This document shows positions 8,653-18,282 of a DNA stretch of 64,000 bases, piece by piece. Position 1 is the first letter of the stretch. Every line of letters begins with the position of its first letter. Made by a program: the position numbers and the translations under genes. Below the pieces are notes generated by a model. The model was given only the letters and a program-made list of their open reading frames with translations, did no database searches and had not been told where the DNA came from. The stretch comes from a virus, in IMG/VR virus record IMGVR_UViG_3300009149_000016, positions 1 to 64,000 of that record. One strand, 5' to 3'.

Positions 8653-9617
8653 TGCCGTACCACGTCGTTTGGGAACTCCAGATTCAACAGGTTCAGCCTG
8701 AATTGTTGACCCGTCTCATCACGTGTCCAGACGTGATGCAAGTCGAGAAGATCGACGAACAACACCTTCAAGTCATGCTCGTGGAAGGACGGGCTCATGC
8801 CGAGATCGAGGGTTGGGAAGATCTCATCTCCGAGCCCAGCGGATATGACGTCTGGCAGATTGAGGGGGGCTACCGGATGCGCATAGCCGATGAACAAATG
8901 CGCACGAGCGCGTTTAATCGGATTGCCTATCCAGAGTCTTCGCAAGAAGAGCTTCAAGAAATAATTGAAAGTTCAGGGCTTTTCCCGTCGCCTTCCCAGC
9001 ATAGCTCCGTTGACACGAGGATCCCGAGTGAGAACCTCGACCAACCTCTTGAGATCGGTGGTGTCGCTAGAATCGGAGGCCAAGCAATTGGAGTCATTTC
9101 AGCAATCGACACCTCTTATAGAGGGGCCGGCGTTGAACAGACAGTGAATGTTCAGCTTTTCCTTCAGAATCATCGCCGGCTCATGATGGTTCCGGTGAGC
9201 ATGATCGATGAACAGCCAAACGATGCTCACCTTCAGATCGGCGCATACATCACGCTTGCTGAAGAGGCTGCTGAAGCAACCATCGTCGCAGTGAGAGACC
9301 AATACGCTGAGGTTGCCATCCGGGACGTTCAGCCCCAACCGTCCCAGCTTTTTCAATACTGGCAGGCTCGAACACACCCTGAACCGGCTGGTGTGGGTGG
9401 GAACGTCTCCCTTTCCGGTGGCGTCGGTGCGAGCTTGGGCGGTCGAGCGACGGCAGGGGACCCCACAGCAGAAGTTCAATCCGACCTTGCAATATACGGA
9501 ATCGACTTTACAGGGGATGAGAGCAAACCCGTGGTCGCGACCGTCGATCAGGAAGTGGGAGAGCGCCTCGACCCCCCTACGATTTACGACCGAATGTTGG
9601 ACGATTCTGACGACTGA
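8652..9617 (+). CDS. Hypothetical protein, tag A (PTIYDRMLDDSDD*)
   Basis: TGATG coupling; acidic 321-aa ORF. Confidence 0.7.
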   Translation: MPYHVVWELQIQQVQPELLTRLITCPDVMQVEKIDEQHLQVMLVEGRAHAEIEGWEDLISEPSGYDVWQIEGGYRMRIADEQMRTSAFNRIAYPESSQEELQEIIESSGLFPSPSQHSSVDTRIPSENLDQPLEIGGVARIGGQAIGVISAIDTSYRGAGVEQTVNVQLFLQNHRRLMMVPVSMIDEQPNDAHLQIGAYITLAEEAAEATIVAVRDQYAEVAIRDVQPQPSQLFQYWQARTHPEPAGVGGNVSLSGGVGASLGGRATAGDPTAEVQSDLAIYGIDFTGDESKPVVATVDQEVGERLDPPTIYDRMLDDSDD

Positions 9618-9728
9618 CGGGCAAGATCAAGCGCCGCTGGCTCGGATATTTATTTTCACCAAAGCTGTTGACGGAACTCGCCCGACCCGTGTAGACTCTC
9701 TCTTGCACACCAACAGGGAGATTGTCAC

Positions 9729-10937
9729 ATGCCGTCGAAAAAGCCCGTTTTTCGTCCAAGGGATTGGAACGAACTCGATCCCCGCCCTTTCTACCGAGCG
9801 CTGCTTTGGTTCTGTCAGACTGACGAAGCCAGTCGCGTCAAATTCGCTACCATTGTAAAAGGGTACGCTGACTCCCATCCCCGGGACACAAAGTGGGCCA
9901 ATTTGCTTGCGGTTCTGCTGAACGCGCCCTACGAGTTGGATCCAGACCCCGTGAGTCGCTATTCTATCGGGGAAACCTGCATGCAAGCTGTCACTTGGGC
10001 GAGTTGGGTCAAGGAAAACTGTGATTCTGAAGTTTTGGAAGACCTTCGTCTGCGCATGGAGCTTTGGCACAACGAGACCGGCGACACAGGCTACAGTCGG
10101 CTTGCCAACGTATTCGGCTGGAAGGGACAGTGGAAGCTGTCGATGAGGAATACGGCTCGCAAGTACCGGATCGCCCAAATCCAGGCAAAGCTCAACTCCG
10201 AGGCTGCTCCCCCGCCGCCCACGGAAGTAGGCTGGACGAAGGCTGAGCTTCAGTATGCGCCGATTATCAGCCATGGGTCCATGATGCACCAGATGATGGT
10301 TGGGGTGATCCCTATGCCCCCGGCTCCCAAGACTCCTGTGAATGACGTGCTTCCTGAAGCAGGAAGCACCAAGCAACTGCGGGAAGCAGGGCTTGCTGTC
10401 AATCTTGGCGAATGCGTGCGCCCCTACTTGAATTCCTTGGGGTATGGCGACATTTTGACGGCCTTCCCCTACCCCCGGTATGTCGAAGTCCCGGAGCTAC
10501 AGGAGAACAACGTCTACCTCAACAAGCCCGGGGTTCTGTTCATCAACAGCCATGGTAAAAGCAAGTATTGCCGGGTTCAAGGTCGAACGGTCTACATCAC
10601 AGCGATCATCAATGGCGAGGGTGACTCCAAAGCGATCAATGACGGAAAAGACGACCCGGACATCCGGTCCGTACGCCGCCTTGTCTGTCCTGGTCCTGAC
10701 GGTTCTCAACAAGTACCTCCTCCTGGCAAGGAAGGGCATTGGTGGTACTGCACGAAGCCTTGTTGTTTGAAGATCACCGTGGGCTTCGGACGTGAACGCC
10801 CTCTTCCCGAAATGACCCGGTGGTATATTTTTGACCCGAAGAAAGGACTTCTTCAGGTCGTGGAGTCGGTTTTCACCAACTGGCTTACCAAGTACCTGCG
10901 CAAAACAGGTCAGACTCTCAAGCTCGTCAAATCTTGA
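9729..10937 (+). CDS. Hypothetical protein
   Basis: 402-aa ORF with GGGAG SD. Confidence 0.75.
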   Translation: MPSKKPVFRPRDWNELDPRPFYRALLWFCQTDEASRVKFATIVKGYADSHPRDTKWANLLAVLLNAPYELDPDPVSRYSIGETCMQAVTWASWVKENCDSEVLEDLRLRMELWHNETGDTGYSRLANVFGWKGQWKLSMRNTARKYRIAQIQAKLNSEAAPPPPTEVGWTKAELQYAPIISHGSMMHQMMVGVIPMPPAPKTPVNDVLPEAGSTKQLREAGLAVNLGECVRPYLNSLGYGDILTAFPYPRYVEVPELQENNVYLNKPGVLFINSHGKSKYCRVQGRTVYITAIINGEGDSKAINDGKDDPDIRSVRRLVCPGPDGSQQVPPPGKEGHWWYCTKPCCLKITVGFGRERPLPEMTRWYIFDPKKGLLQVVESVFTNWLTKYLRKTGQTLKLVKS

Positions 10938-11721
10938 TCAGCTTCGCAAGCTCGAAGTGCATCCCGTCCGGCCGGTTTGGGTAGTGCCCACCCCAGTAGA
11001 AACCAAATTCGTTGGCGAGCGGAACGAGTTTCCGAACGCTCCCCATCTCGCCAACGAGCGCCGGCTGCGTGCCCAGGTAGTTCGACGGCACATTGATGTC
11101 GAACGCCGAGCCGAATGCGTGGTTCGACAGCGTCGTGCGAGAGCCCCGGATGAACCGTGGTTCCCACGACCCCCCATAGCTCTTGATCAGGTCTGTGAGG
11201 CCCGCTGCCTCCCACGCCTTGAACAGGGCGAGAAGCTGGGGCACACCCGCCTCGTGGAACCAGACAAGGCCCGTCTTGGTCGCACCTGGCAAACCAGCGA
11301 TTGCCGGGACCTTGAGCTTGACGATGTTGTCCTTGACCCACGTGCCGTGGATCTGGATTCCTTCCGGATTCGACTTGGTCGGCTTTGGGCTATACCTGAA
11401 GGTTCCGAGCATCTTCTGACGCTGCACCAACGAGGGCGTCCTGAACGAAGGCTTCGGAGGCCAGTGGGGGCCTTTCTTGCCCAAGTCCTCTGGATCCGGC
11501 TTGACGATCTCAAAACCGTCACCGACAGCATTAGCGAAGGTGTAGTTCCCTACAACCCCGTCTGAGACGAGCCCTGATACCCGTTGGTACTTCTGGGTCG
11601 CCTTGTGGGTCTGGGGACCGAAGTCACCATCCACGACGCTCATGTACATACCGAACGAGCGAAGGAACATCTGCCAACGCTCGACATCCTTGCCCTTGAG
11701 CCCTTTACGAAGTGTTCTCAT
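10927..11721 (-). CDS. Endolysin: N-terminal peptidoglycan-binding domain plus M15-family peptidase
   Basis: LRKG..G.DV..WQ..VDGDFGPQT..YQ..GL..DGVVG; SNHAFGSAFDIN and DGMHFE Zn-peptidase motifs. Confidence 0.9.
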   Translation of the reverse strand: MRTLRKGLKGKDVERWQMFLRSFGMYMSVVDGDFGPQTHKATQKYQRVSGLVSDGVVGNYTFANAVGDGFEIVKPDPEDLGKKGPHWPPKPSFRTPSLVQRQKMLGTFRYSPKPTKSNPEGIQIHGTWVKDNIVKLKVPAIAGLPGATKTGLVWFHEAGVPQLLALFKAWEAAGLTDLIKSYGGSWEPRFIRGSRTTLSNHAFGSAFDINVPSNYLGTQPALVGEMGSVRKLVPLANEFGFYWGGHYPNRPDGMHFELAKLIKI

Positions 11722-11768
11722 GAAGGCATCATACCGGACGCAACCGGTGTTGTATCTAAAAGGTGACC

Positions 11769-12185
11769 ATGCTTGTAATTCCAGCCCGCCAAGCCGCCGA
11801 CTATGAACACCTCGCCTACTATTTCTACGATCAGTTGCGGCTTCACGCCAGCATGCTTGGGCTGGAACTACCCGCCTGGGACGATTTACCCTATGCCCAT
11901 CGCCGTGCCTACGAGCTTGCCGCCTCCGAGTACATCCCGCACCCGTGTGATGAGGATGAGCACCTAGAAGAGATAACGGAGCTTCAGACCGATCTCGACA
12001 AGGCTGCGGGCAGATCAGGTCAATTCAAGCAGATCCTCGACGATTTCATCGGTGGTGACAAGGAAATCGAAGAGGCTCAGGACGCTATCGTCAAGGCTCA
12101 GGACGCTCTTGCTCTACTCAAAGGCCGGCTCAAAGATGTTCGGACGGAGATGGAGGAAACCGAATATGATGAGGCCGATTGCTAG
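11769..12185 (+). CDS. Hypothetical coiled-coil protein
   Basis: Acidic, helical ORF. Confidence 0.65.
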   Translation: MLVIPARQAADYEHLAYYFYDQLRLHASMLGLELPAWDDLPYAHRRAYELAASEYIPHPCDEDEHLEEITELQTDLDKAAGRSGQFKQILDDFIGGDKEIEEAQDAIVKAQDALALLKGRLKDVRTEMEETEYDEADC

Positions 12186-12210
12186 CTTCTTTTGATAGAA
12201 TCTCCCCATC

Positions 12211-12732
12211 ATGGCTGACATCGTATTCAACGAGCAAATCGTTGGCACCATCGCGCTTTCAGAGCACACGAGCCCTAAGGTCGCCCAGCAAGAGAACATC
12301 CTGCGAGCGGCTCATGGCGCATTCGAGATCTTTCGGAGCCTGCCGGAAGGTACCAACCTTCAGGACTTCCTGACCGCCCTGGCTCTGTCGCTCGATCTTC
12401 CAAAGCCCGAACTGGTGCAAGCGTACTTCCGGCAAGCAGGCTTGATGCACGTCGCCGCTGGGATGGACGCCGCCGACATCTGTCCCATTTGCAGTGAGGC
12501 GGTCGAGGACCACGCAGTCTCCCGTGACTGCGCCCGCTGGCGCCTCACGACCTTGTGCACCGGTCAACCCGTCAGGTACCAGGTTGCCGAGAGCGCAAGG
12601 GCTCCCTTCGAAGCGTTGCCTGAACAACCCGACGTGCCGGTTTGGACGCCACCTGAGACGCCCGCTCCCGCCGCAACGAACTTCTACTACAGCAGTTTCG
12701 AGAATCTACCCGACTGGGCGACTACTGAGTGA
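12211..12732 (+). CDS. Hypothetical protein
   Basis: 173-aa ORF with CxxC. Confidence 0.6.
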   Translation: MADIVFNEQIVGTIALSEHTSPKVAQQENILRAAHGAFEIFRSLPEGTNLQDFLTALALSLDLPKPELVQAYFRQAGLMHVAAGMDAADICPICSEAVEDHAVSRDCARWRLTTLCTGQPVRYQVAESARAPFEALPEQPDVPVWTPPETPAPAATNFYYSSFENLPDWATTE

Positions 12733-13278
12733 CGCCAGGCGGTGCCGAAGCACCACCCTTGATGCAAGCTTGGCTTCTGAATTCATCGGAATGGTGACGA
12801 TCATCCGGTCGTCATAACTATCCCCCGCCCAGATCACGACTTCAGCGCTCGTCCACTCGACCGGCGTCTCAAAGTCCTTCGACTTCGGCCGTTCCTTGGC
12901 GTCGCAGTAGGAAAGCGTCACGTGCGGATGGAAGTCTGGGAATTTCTTGCTGTACTCGACCCCGGCCTTGTCGAACGCTTTCTTCATGGCTTCCCGGAGC
13001 TTCATCAAGTCCGGAGAGTCAACGGGGCAGATCACAGGAACCGTTTCCTCGCCCGGGAAGGTGTCCAGACCCTTGCACACGCATTTGACGGGCTTGGTAG
13101 CGCTCACCACGTCGAAAGCCGCTAGGGCAGCCTTTGACACCTCTTCCATGGGCACTTCGTCGCCCATGTAGAACATCGTGATGTGGAAGGTCGATGAGCT
13201 TTCCGGCGTGCCTGGGACCTTGATTCGGGCAAGCTGGCGAGCGATCTCATGTGGGAGTTGAATTCCGAGGAATGCCAT
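12706..13278 (-). CDS. 2H phosphoesterase (2'-5' RNA ligase/Acb1-like); tag B (LASRVVLRH)
   Basis: Two HxT motifs: FHITM and PHVTL. Confidence 0.85.
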   Translation of the reverse strand: MAFLGIQLPHEIARQLARIKVPGTPESSSTFHITMFYMGDEVPMEEVSKAALAAFDVVSATKPVKCVCKGLDTFPGEETVPVICPVDSPDLMKLREAMKKAFDKAGVEYSKKFPDFHPHVTLSYCDAKERPKSKDFETPVEWTSAEVVIWAGDSYDDRMIVTIPMNSEAKLASRVVLRHRLASLSSRPVG

Positions 13279-13570
13279 CCGCCGACTGTACCACGCTCAG
13301 ATAACGGCTCGCTACCCTTTCAGCCATCGAGGACTTCCGTCGCCACTTACCCCCGGCGAGGTTGTAGATCTTGACTGACCAACCGGTTGCGTTTGGGCTC
13401 GGCCATTGCCGGTACCCAGCACCGTTGTTCGGAGATTCGTAGGTTTTGCCGTTGCCCACGTCGAGTGTCTTGCGATCTCCCTTGGCGAGATCAGTCACTT
13501 GACTCCACAAATTGGAATTCGTGGGTTCCCAGTCATCGGAAGGGTTTGGTTCTGTCTTGAGGCCACCCAT
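13247..13570 (-). CDS. Hypothetical protein; C-terminal tag B (MAERVASRY)
   Basis: WPSPNATGW..Y..AGGKW looks like a conserved viral motif. Confidence 0.65.
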   Translation of the reverse strand: MGGLKTEPNPSDDWEPTNSNLWSQVTDLAKGDRKTLDVGNGKTYESPNNGAGYRQWPSPNATGWSVKIYNLAGGKWRRKSSMAERVASRYLSVVQSADGIPRNSTPT

Positions 13571-13593
13571 ACCTTGGGCGACCGACAAGAACC

Positions 13594-14037
13594 CTATTGG
13601 TCGTCAGGCTCGTCCTCGAAAAGGTCTTCGGTCAAGGTCTTCCGACGATCCATTTCCTTGTGGTACGCCGTGAGGGCCTTTTCCCAATCGGCTTTGATCA
13701 TGAGTCGCATGCTGAAAAAGATAGGGTAACCGTTGATCGACGTGGGGACCGCCTTGTCCATGTACTCGTAGACGATGCCCAACTCGGCTCGGTCACGCTC
13801 CGGGATGCTTTCGAGGCCACCGAGCGCCAACGGCAGGAAAATCATCGGCGCCAAGCTGGCGATCTGTTCCGGGCCACCTTTGATGTGGTCGGTCGTGAAG
13901 ACCTGACCATCGCACATCGCCATGACGAACTTGGCAAGATCCTTGCGGCCCATCGCTTCGAGGGTGGCCGGACGCAAGTCCTTCCAGGCTTCGTTGAATT
14001 CGTCGAGCGGTTCGGGGGGAGGTGGGGGATCAGACAT
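13594..14037 (-). CDS. Hypothetical protein
   Basis: GGTGTA-N10-ATG. Confidence 0.7.
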   Translation of the reverse strand: MSDPPPPPEPLDEFNEAWKDLRPATLEAMGRKDLAKFVMAMCDGQVFTTDHIKGGPEQIASLAPMIFLPLALGGLESIPERDRAELGIVYEYMDKAVPTSINGYPIFFSMRLMIKADWEKALTAYHKEMDRRKTLTEDLFEDEPDDQ

Positions 14038-14046
14038 TCACCAGCA

Positions 14047-14268
14047 CTACACCGACAGAGGGTTCCAGAACCAAAGGCCAAAGCTGGCACCACTTGTGTA
14101 CTTCACAGTCCCTCGGTCCCCGACCTTGTCCCGGTCGCCCATGGGGGCCCCCAAGCCGACGAGCCGGTAGGTGGCTCCATCATCGGCTTGGACCTTCCAG
14201 ACGTAGCCGTTGTCGGCTTCGGGCCCTTCGATGATGGTTGCGGGGCGGGGGGTCTTGACGTCAGACAT
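14047..14268 (-). CDS. Hypothetical protein
   Basis: AGGAG SD before MSDVKT. Confidence 0.65.
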   Translation of the reverse strand: MSDVKTPRPATIIEGPEADNGYVWKVQADDGATYRLVGLGAPMGDRDKVGDRGTVKYTSGASFGLWFWNPLSV

Positions 14269-14276
14269 GGTGTCTC

Positions 14277-14609
14277 CTAGTATCCGATCAGTTGCTCGAC
14301 GACCTTGTCGAGGAGCATGAGGGCTACCTGGCGGGGCTCGGTGTCGGTCGCGCCGCCAGCTTCGCACTTGCAGGCCACCGGCCACACATACTGCTCGTAG
14401 AGGCTCTCAGCGACGTGTCCGTTGAATTCGCCACGCGCTCGGAGGGTGCCCTTGCGGTTCTCGTTGGTGGCCTTGCGGCAAGCCTTGGTGAGCGCTGCGG
14501 TGAGCTTGACGGCGCTCTTGTAGGAGCCGGCCTGCTTGTAAAGCTGCCACTCGCTGCGCTTGGTGGGGACTTCGACTGAGGTGTATTCGGTGAGTTTGAG
14601 CGTCTTCAT
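14277..14609 (-). CDS. Hypothetical protein
   Basis: Apparently leaderless start at the class II motif. Confidence 0.7.
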   Translation of the reverse strand: MKTLKLTEYTSVEVPTKRSEWQLYKQAGSYKSAVKLTAALTKACRKATNENRKGTLRARGEFNGHVAESLYEQYVWPVACKCEAGGATDTEPRQVALMLLDKVVEQLIGY

Positions 14610-14645
14610 GCCCCTACTAAGGGACGGGGGCGCCCACGATCCACC
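14609..14645 (-). promoter_or_regulatory. Class II bipartite promoter-like motif
   Basis: GGTGGATC-N15-CCTTA-GTAGGGGC-ATG. Confidence 0.75.
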
Positions 14646-14667
14646 GCAATCGGTGTAGAATGTCGCC

Positions 14668-14967
14668 ATGGAGACCTTTTTGATGATCGTCGGATTTATC
14701 ATCTTGATTGTGGCTGCTTCCGCCGCCTTCGCCACGGGTCTCCATATCCGAGATCGGAGACGAGAGGATGCCGAGCGGGCTGCCAGGCGAGCCGAGTTGG
14801 AAGCGGGCGAAAAGTTGGTTCAGGAATTGGAAGCTGAAAGCGACCAGATCAACGCCACCCTCAGGCGCATTTCGATAAAGCATCACGAAAGACGGATGGC
14901 TGAAAAGGCCAAAGCCAAGGCTTCGAACCCGGGTTACACAATCTACGACCACATCAACGAGGCTTGA
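14668..14967 (+). CDS. Membrane-anchored coiled-coil protein, tag A (YTIYDHINEA*)
   Basis: N-terminal TM helix; GGTGTA-N10-ATG. Confidence 0.7.
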   Translation: METFLMIVGFIILIVAASAAFATGLHIRDRRREDAERAARRAELEAGEKLVQELEAESDQINATLRRISIKHHERRMAEKAKAKASNPGYTIYDHINEA

Positions 14968-14970
14968 ACC

Positions 14971-15477
14971 ATGGCCGAAAGTGCAGTCGAAAACCCACTC
15001 CCTCGCCTCATCCTGGTGATCACGTTCGCCCTGGTTTTCGGCACAGGGGCAATTCTCTCCCCGTACCTTGACCAAACCACTGTGTGGGTTGGCGTAGGTG
15101 GCGCGTGTGTGTGCTGGATCCTAGGCGTCCTTGGCTGGTTCTCGACCAAGGACCGTCCCGAGCACAAAGAACCGAAGCCTGAACCGAAGTGGTCCCCGGA
15201 GGCTATCAGGTGGAAAAAGCAGCGGGATGGTCTTCGAAGAAAGCTCGCTGAGATGCAAGTTGAAATAGCTGGGCTGACATCTGATCTTGAAACAACCAGA
15301 GTTGAGCGTGATTCCGAACGATATCAGCGAACTGAACAACTTCGGCTCCTGTTCGAGAAGTCTGTCTCGGAAGGCTTGACCAGCGCCAACCCAAACACGA
15401 CCTTGGGTTGGCCCCCGCCAGAGCCCCCGGCTCCCAAGCCCAAGACCATTTACGACCGCATCAATGAGGACGAATGA
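14971..15477 (+). CDS. 2-TM coiled-coil protein, tag A (KTIYDRINEDE*)
   Basis: Two hydrophobic segments, coiled coil, Pro-rich linker before the tag. Confidence 0.7.
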   Translation: MAESAVENPLPRLILVITFALVFGTGAILSPYLDQTTVWVGVGGACVCWILGVLGWFSTKDRPEHKEPKPEPKWSPEAIRWKKQRDGLRRKLAEMQVEIAGLTSDLETTRVERDSERYQRTEQLRLLFEKSVSEGLTSANPNTTLGWPPPEPPAPKPKTIYDRINEDE

Positions 15478-17198
15478 GCCCTGAAAGACAAACCAAACTG
15501 TTCGCCTCGATTTTCATCTTGGGGGTCGGCTTCACCATTCTCTTCCTTATGCAAACCCCCAAGATGCTGAAAGCTCACATCGAGGACACGTATTCGGGAG
15601 TAACCGTCAACGCCATCACCTACCGGGCTTGGTACATTCAGTTGAAACTGTCCGTCGACAAGGGGTGGGTCCGTGCCGAGCTTCCCGACGTGCGAGTCAA
15701 CATGGACAAGGAAGTGACCGTGCATGGCGGGCACATCAACATCCTCAAACTCCCGGAAGGTGGGTCGGCCAAGTCCGCTGCCCCAAGCCGCAAGATCACG
15801 GTCGATGGGGTCATGGTTCACTACAAGGGTCACGGTGCCGAAGTCACCCTCAACGGCGTCTCGACCGAGCACGCCTTCAAAACCCCGGTGACCTGGCTCG
15901 ATGGAACCGTCGAGCACGCTCATGCCAACGCCAGGATCGGACCTGGAAAGGCCGGGCCGTCCAAGAAAGACATCATCACCGCCAAGCAGGTTGTCATCTC
16001 CCCCAAGTTCGAGATCCCGGAGATGACAGACGGCAGCATCTTCCTGGACGACGTGACTTTCGAGTTGATAAAGGGTGACCCCACGCTCCAAGTCAAAAGA
16101 TGGCAGGCAGGCGGCTCGTATGGGGCCAACGGCTCCGACACTGAGATCGTCTATGATCGTGACATAAAGATGCTGTTCTTCACGTTTGGAACCATCACGG
16201 TCACGCACCCGATTATCTCCAAGCAGCCCATGAGCTTCCCCCACGGGTTCATCCTGAGCCTGCCGACCGACGACTTCGAAGCCATCAAAAGGGGCGACGT
16301 CGACATCTACATGAAGCCGGGTTGGAACGATCGGTTCGACAGCGTGGACTTCTGGTTCAACATCGCCAACATGCAGATCCGGGCTTCCAAAGCTTCGTGC
16401 CAGGACTACATCAAGGCTCTGCCCACCGAGCTTGCCCACCCTCTTGATGGTATGACGTTCGTCGGTGACCTTGAATGGTCCATGACGGTCAAGCCCGAAC
16501 CCAAGCTGAAGATGACATCGACGTGCAAAGCCATCTGCGGCGACAAGCTCAAAGCCCTCCGGAAGCCGTTCACCTATGAAGCGTACAAGGCGGATGGTGT
16601 GACACGCTTCACCCGCACGAGCGGACCGGGCTCCAAGGACTGGGTACCCATCGGCGCCGTCGGTCAATACCTCCCGATCGCTGCCATCACCCTGGAAGAT
16701 CCTGGGTTCAACTCGCATCGGGGCGTGAGCGTTGCCGCCCTGCGCAACAGCCTGATCGACAACGTCAAGAAAGGGCGGTTCGTGAGAGGTGGCTCGACCA
16801 TCCAAATGCAGCTTGCCCGCAACCTCTGGCTAAGCCGGGGCAAGACCCTTGGCCGGAAGATCCAAGAGATCTTCCTCGCGTGGGCGCTGCAATCGTGTTT
16901 GAGCCGAGAACGAATTCTCGAATTGTACCTGAACGTCGTCGAATACGCCCCGGACACGTACGGGATTGGCAATGGGACCCGCAAATGGTTCGACAAGCAT
17001 GCTGAGGCTCTTTTGCCTGTGGAGGCATTTTACCTTATCAAGCGCCTCCCTCGACCGGGCACGTACCCGCCTCCCTCTGACGCCACCATGGATCGCATCA
17101 CCAAACTCATGGGCTTGTTCGTCAAAACGGAGAAAATCCCCTCGTTCTGGGTACCCCAGGACCATTCGGATCTTGATCTGTCGGAGTGGCACCAATGA
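15474..17198 (+). CDS. Peptidoglycan glycosyltransferase (GT51, MtgA-like) with N-terminal TM
   Basis: EDPGFNSHRG, GGSTIQMQLARNL, RKIQE and RILELYLNVVEY motifs. Confidence 0.9.
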   Translation: MSPERQTKLFASIFILGVGFTILFLMQTPKMLKAHIEDTYSGVTVNAITYRAWYIQLKLSVDKGWVRAELPDVRVNMDKEVTVHGGHINILKLPEGGSAKSAAPSRKITVDGVMVHYKGHGAEVTLNGVSTEHAFKTPVTWLDGTVEHAHANARIGPGKAGPSKKDIITAKQVVISPKFEIPEMTDGSIFLDDVTFELIKGDPTLQVKRWQAGGSYGANGSDTEIVYDRDIKMLFFTFGTITVTHPIISKQPMSFPHGFILSLPTDDFEAIKRGDVDIYMKPGWNDRFDSVDFWFNIANMQIRASKASCQDYIKALPTELAHPLDGMTFVGDLEWSMTVKPEPKLKMTSTCKAICGDKLKALRKPFTYEAYKADGVTRFTRTSGPGSKDWVPIGAVGQYLPIAAITLEDPGFNSHRGVSVAALRNSLIDNVKKGRFVRGGSTIQMQLARNLWLSRGKTLGRKIQEIFLAWALQSCLSRERILELYLNVVEYAPDTYGIGNGTRKWFDKHAEALLPVEAFYLIKRLPRPGTYPPPSDATMDRITKLMGLFVKTEKIPSFWVPQDHSDLDLSEWHQ

Positions 17199-17947
17199 CT
17201 CAACGTATCGTCGCAATCAATGGAGTCGCCGGAAGCGGCAAGGATGAGGGCGCTCGCGTTCTCGTGAAGGCCCACGATTTTGTCTCGGTTGCACTGGCCG
17301 ACCCCCTCAAGCGTTTCTTGATGGATGTCTACCATTTCTCCGAGAAACAGCTTTGGGGACCGAGCGTGCTCCGAAACCAACCGGACAAGCGTTACCTGAC
17401 CTACCATTCGGCCGAGCACACGCTCATCACCAGGGGGTCGACCACCCACGTGTGGTGCACCCGGTGCCACCAAGAATTCCTGAAGGATGAATCCGTACCC
17501 AGCCCGTGCGAGGTGTTCCTGACCCCCCGGGTGGCCCTACAACAACTCGGCAACGAGTGGGGGCGGGGACTGTACAAAGACACCTGGATTGACTACACGT
17601 TGCGTGTTGCGAACACGCTGAAGCTGGGCAACTACCTCTACCAGCGGACCCGTGGGCTCGTCCCCCTGCGTGAGACCCTCAGCCTGTCCCTCCCAGCCAT
17701 CAACGTCGTGGTTCCCGACGTCCGGTACATCAACGAGTTCGAGAAGCTCAAGGCTGCGGGAGCCCTGACCATCCGGGTCAAACGACCGGGAGCGGGCTTG
17801 GGAGGCGACCTTGGGATGCACGCCAGCGAGCGCGAGCAACTCGAAATCCCCGATGACGCCTTCCACCACGTGATCCAAAACGACCAGGAAGTCAGCGTTT
17901 TGCACGCGACGATCGAAAAAGCGATCGAAAGTTTCGACTTCGGTTGA
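17195..17947 (+). CDS. Deoxynucleoside monophosphate kinase
   Basis: GVAGSGKD P-loop, LADPLK, PRVALQQLGNEWGR, PDVRYINE, HASE. Confidence 0.9.
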   Translation: MTQRIVAINGVAGSGKDEGARVLVKAHDFVSVALADPLKRFLMDVYHFSEKQLWGPSVLRNQPDKRYLTYHSAEHTLITRGSTTHVWCTRCHQEFLKDESVPSPCEVFLTPRVALQQLGNEWGRGLYKDTWIDYTLRVANTLKLGNYLYQRTRGLVPLRETLSLSLPAINVVVPDVRYINEFEKLKAAGALTIRVKRPGAGLGGDLGMHASEREQLEIPDDAFHHVIQNDQEVSVLHATIEKAIESFDFG

Positions 17948-17978
17948 TCGAGCCGCCCCCCGCACCTTATGGGGTACA
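17942..17978 (+). promoter_or_regulatory. Class II bipartite promoter-like motif
   Basis: GGTTGATC-N15-CCTTA-TGGGGTAC-ATG. Confidence 0.7.
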
Positions 17979-18280
17979 TGCAGCGAGCACGAAGCCCACC
18001 AAGACCGAACAGCCTCACCCGGCCTGTGGCAAGGCCATTAGACAGAAACCCTGCAACCCCCCGAAAGGAGACAGCGCATGAACGCACGAGGGCCACCATG
18101 AAGCCAGCCAACGGGTTCCGATACCTTCCCTTAAGGGGCCCGGGCACGAGAGAAGGGGAGACTGGTGGCAAGGGCCACCAGTTGGCGTTTAAGGGTTGAC
18201 GATGCGCAGATCAAAGGGCTACAAGGAAGCCGGCACGCTGGCCGTACCGGGCTTGGTTCAGCGGTAGACTCTTGTTCCTG
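17978..18280 (+). other. Promoter-driven structured region: candidate ncRNA or 73-aa low-complexity ORF
   Basis: Hairpins at 18021-18036 and 18161-18182 (9 bp); CC-GAAA-GG at 18061. Confidence 0.35.
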
Positions 18281-18282
18281 AG

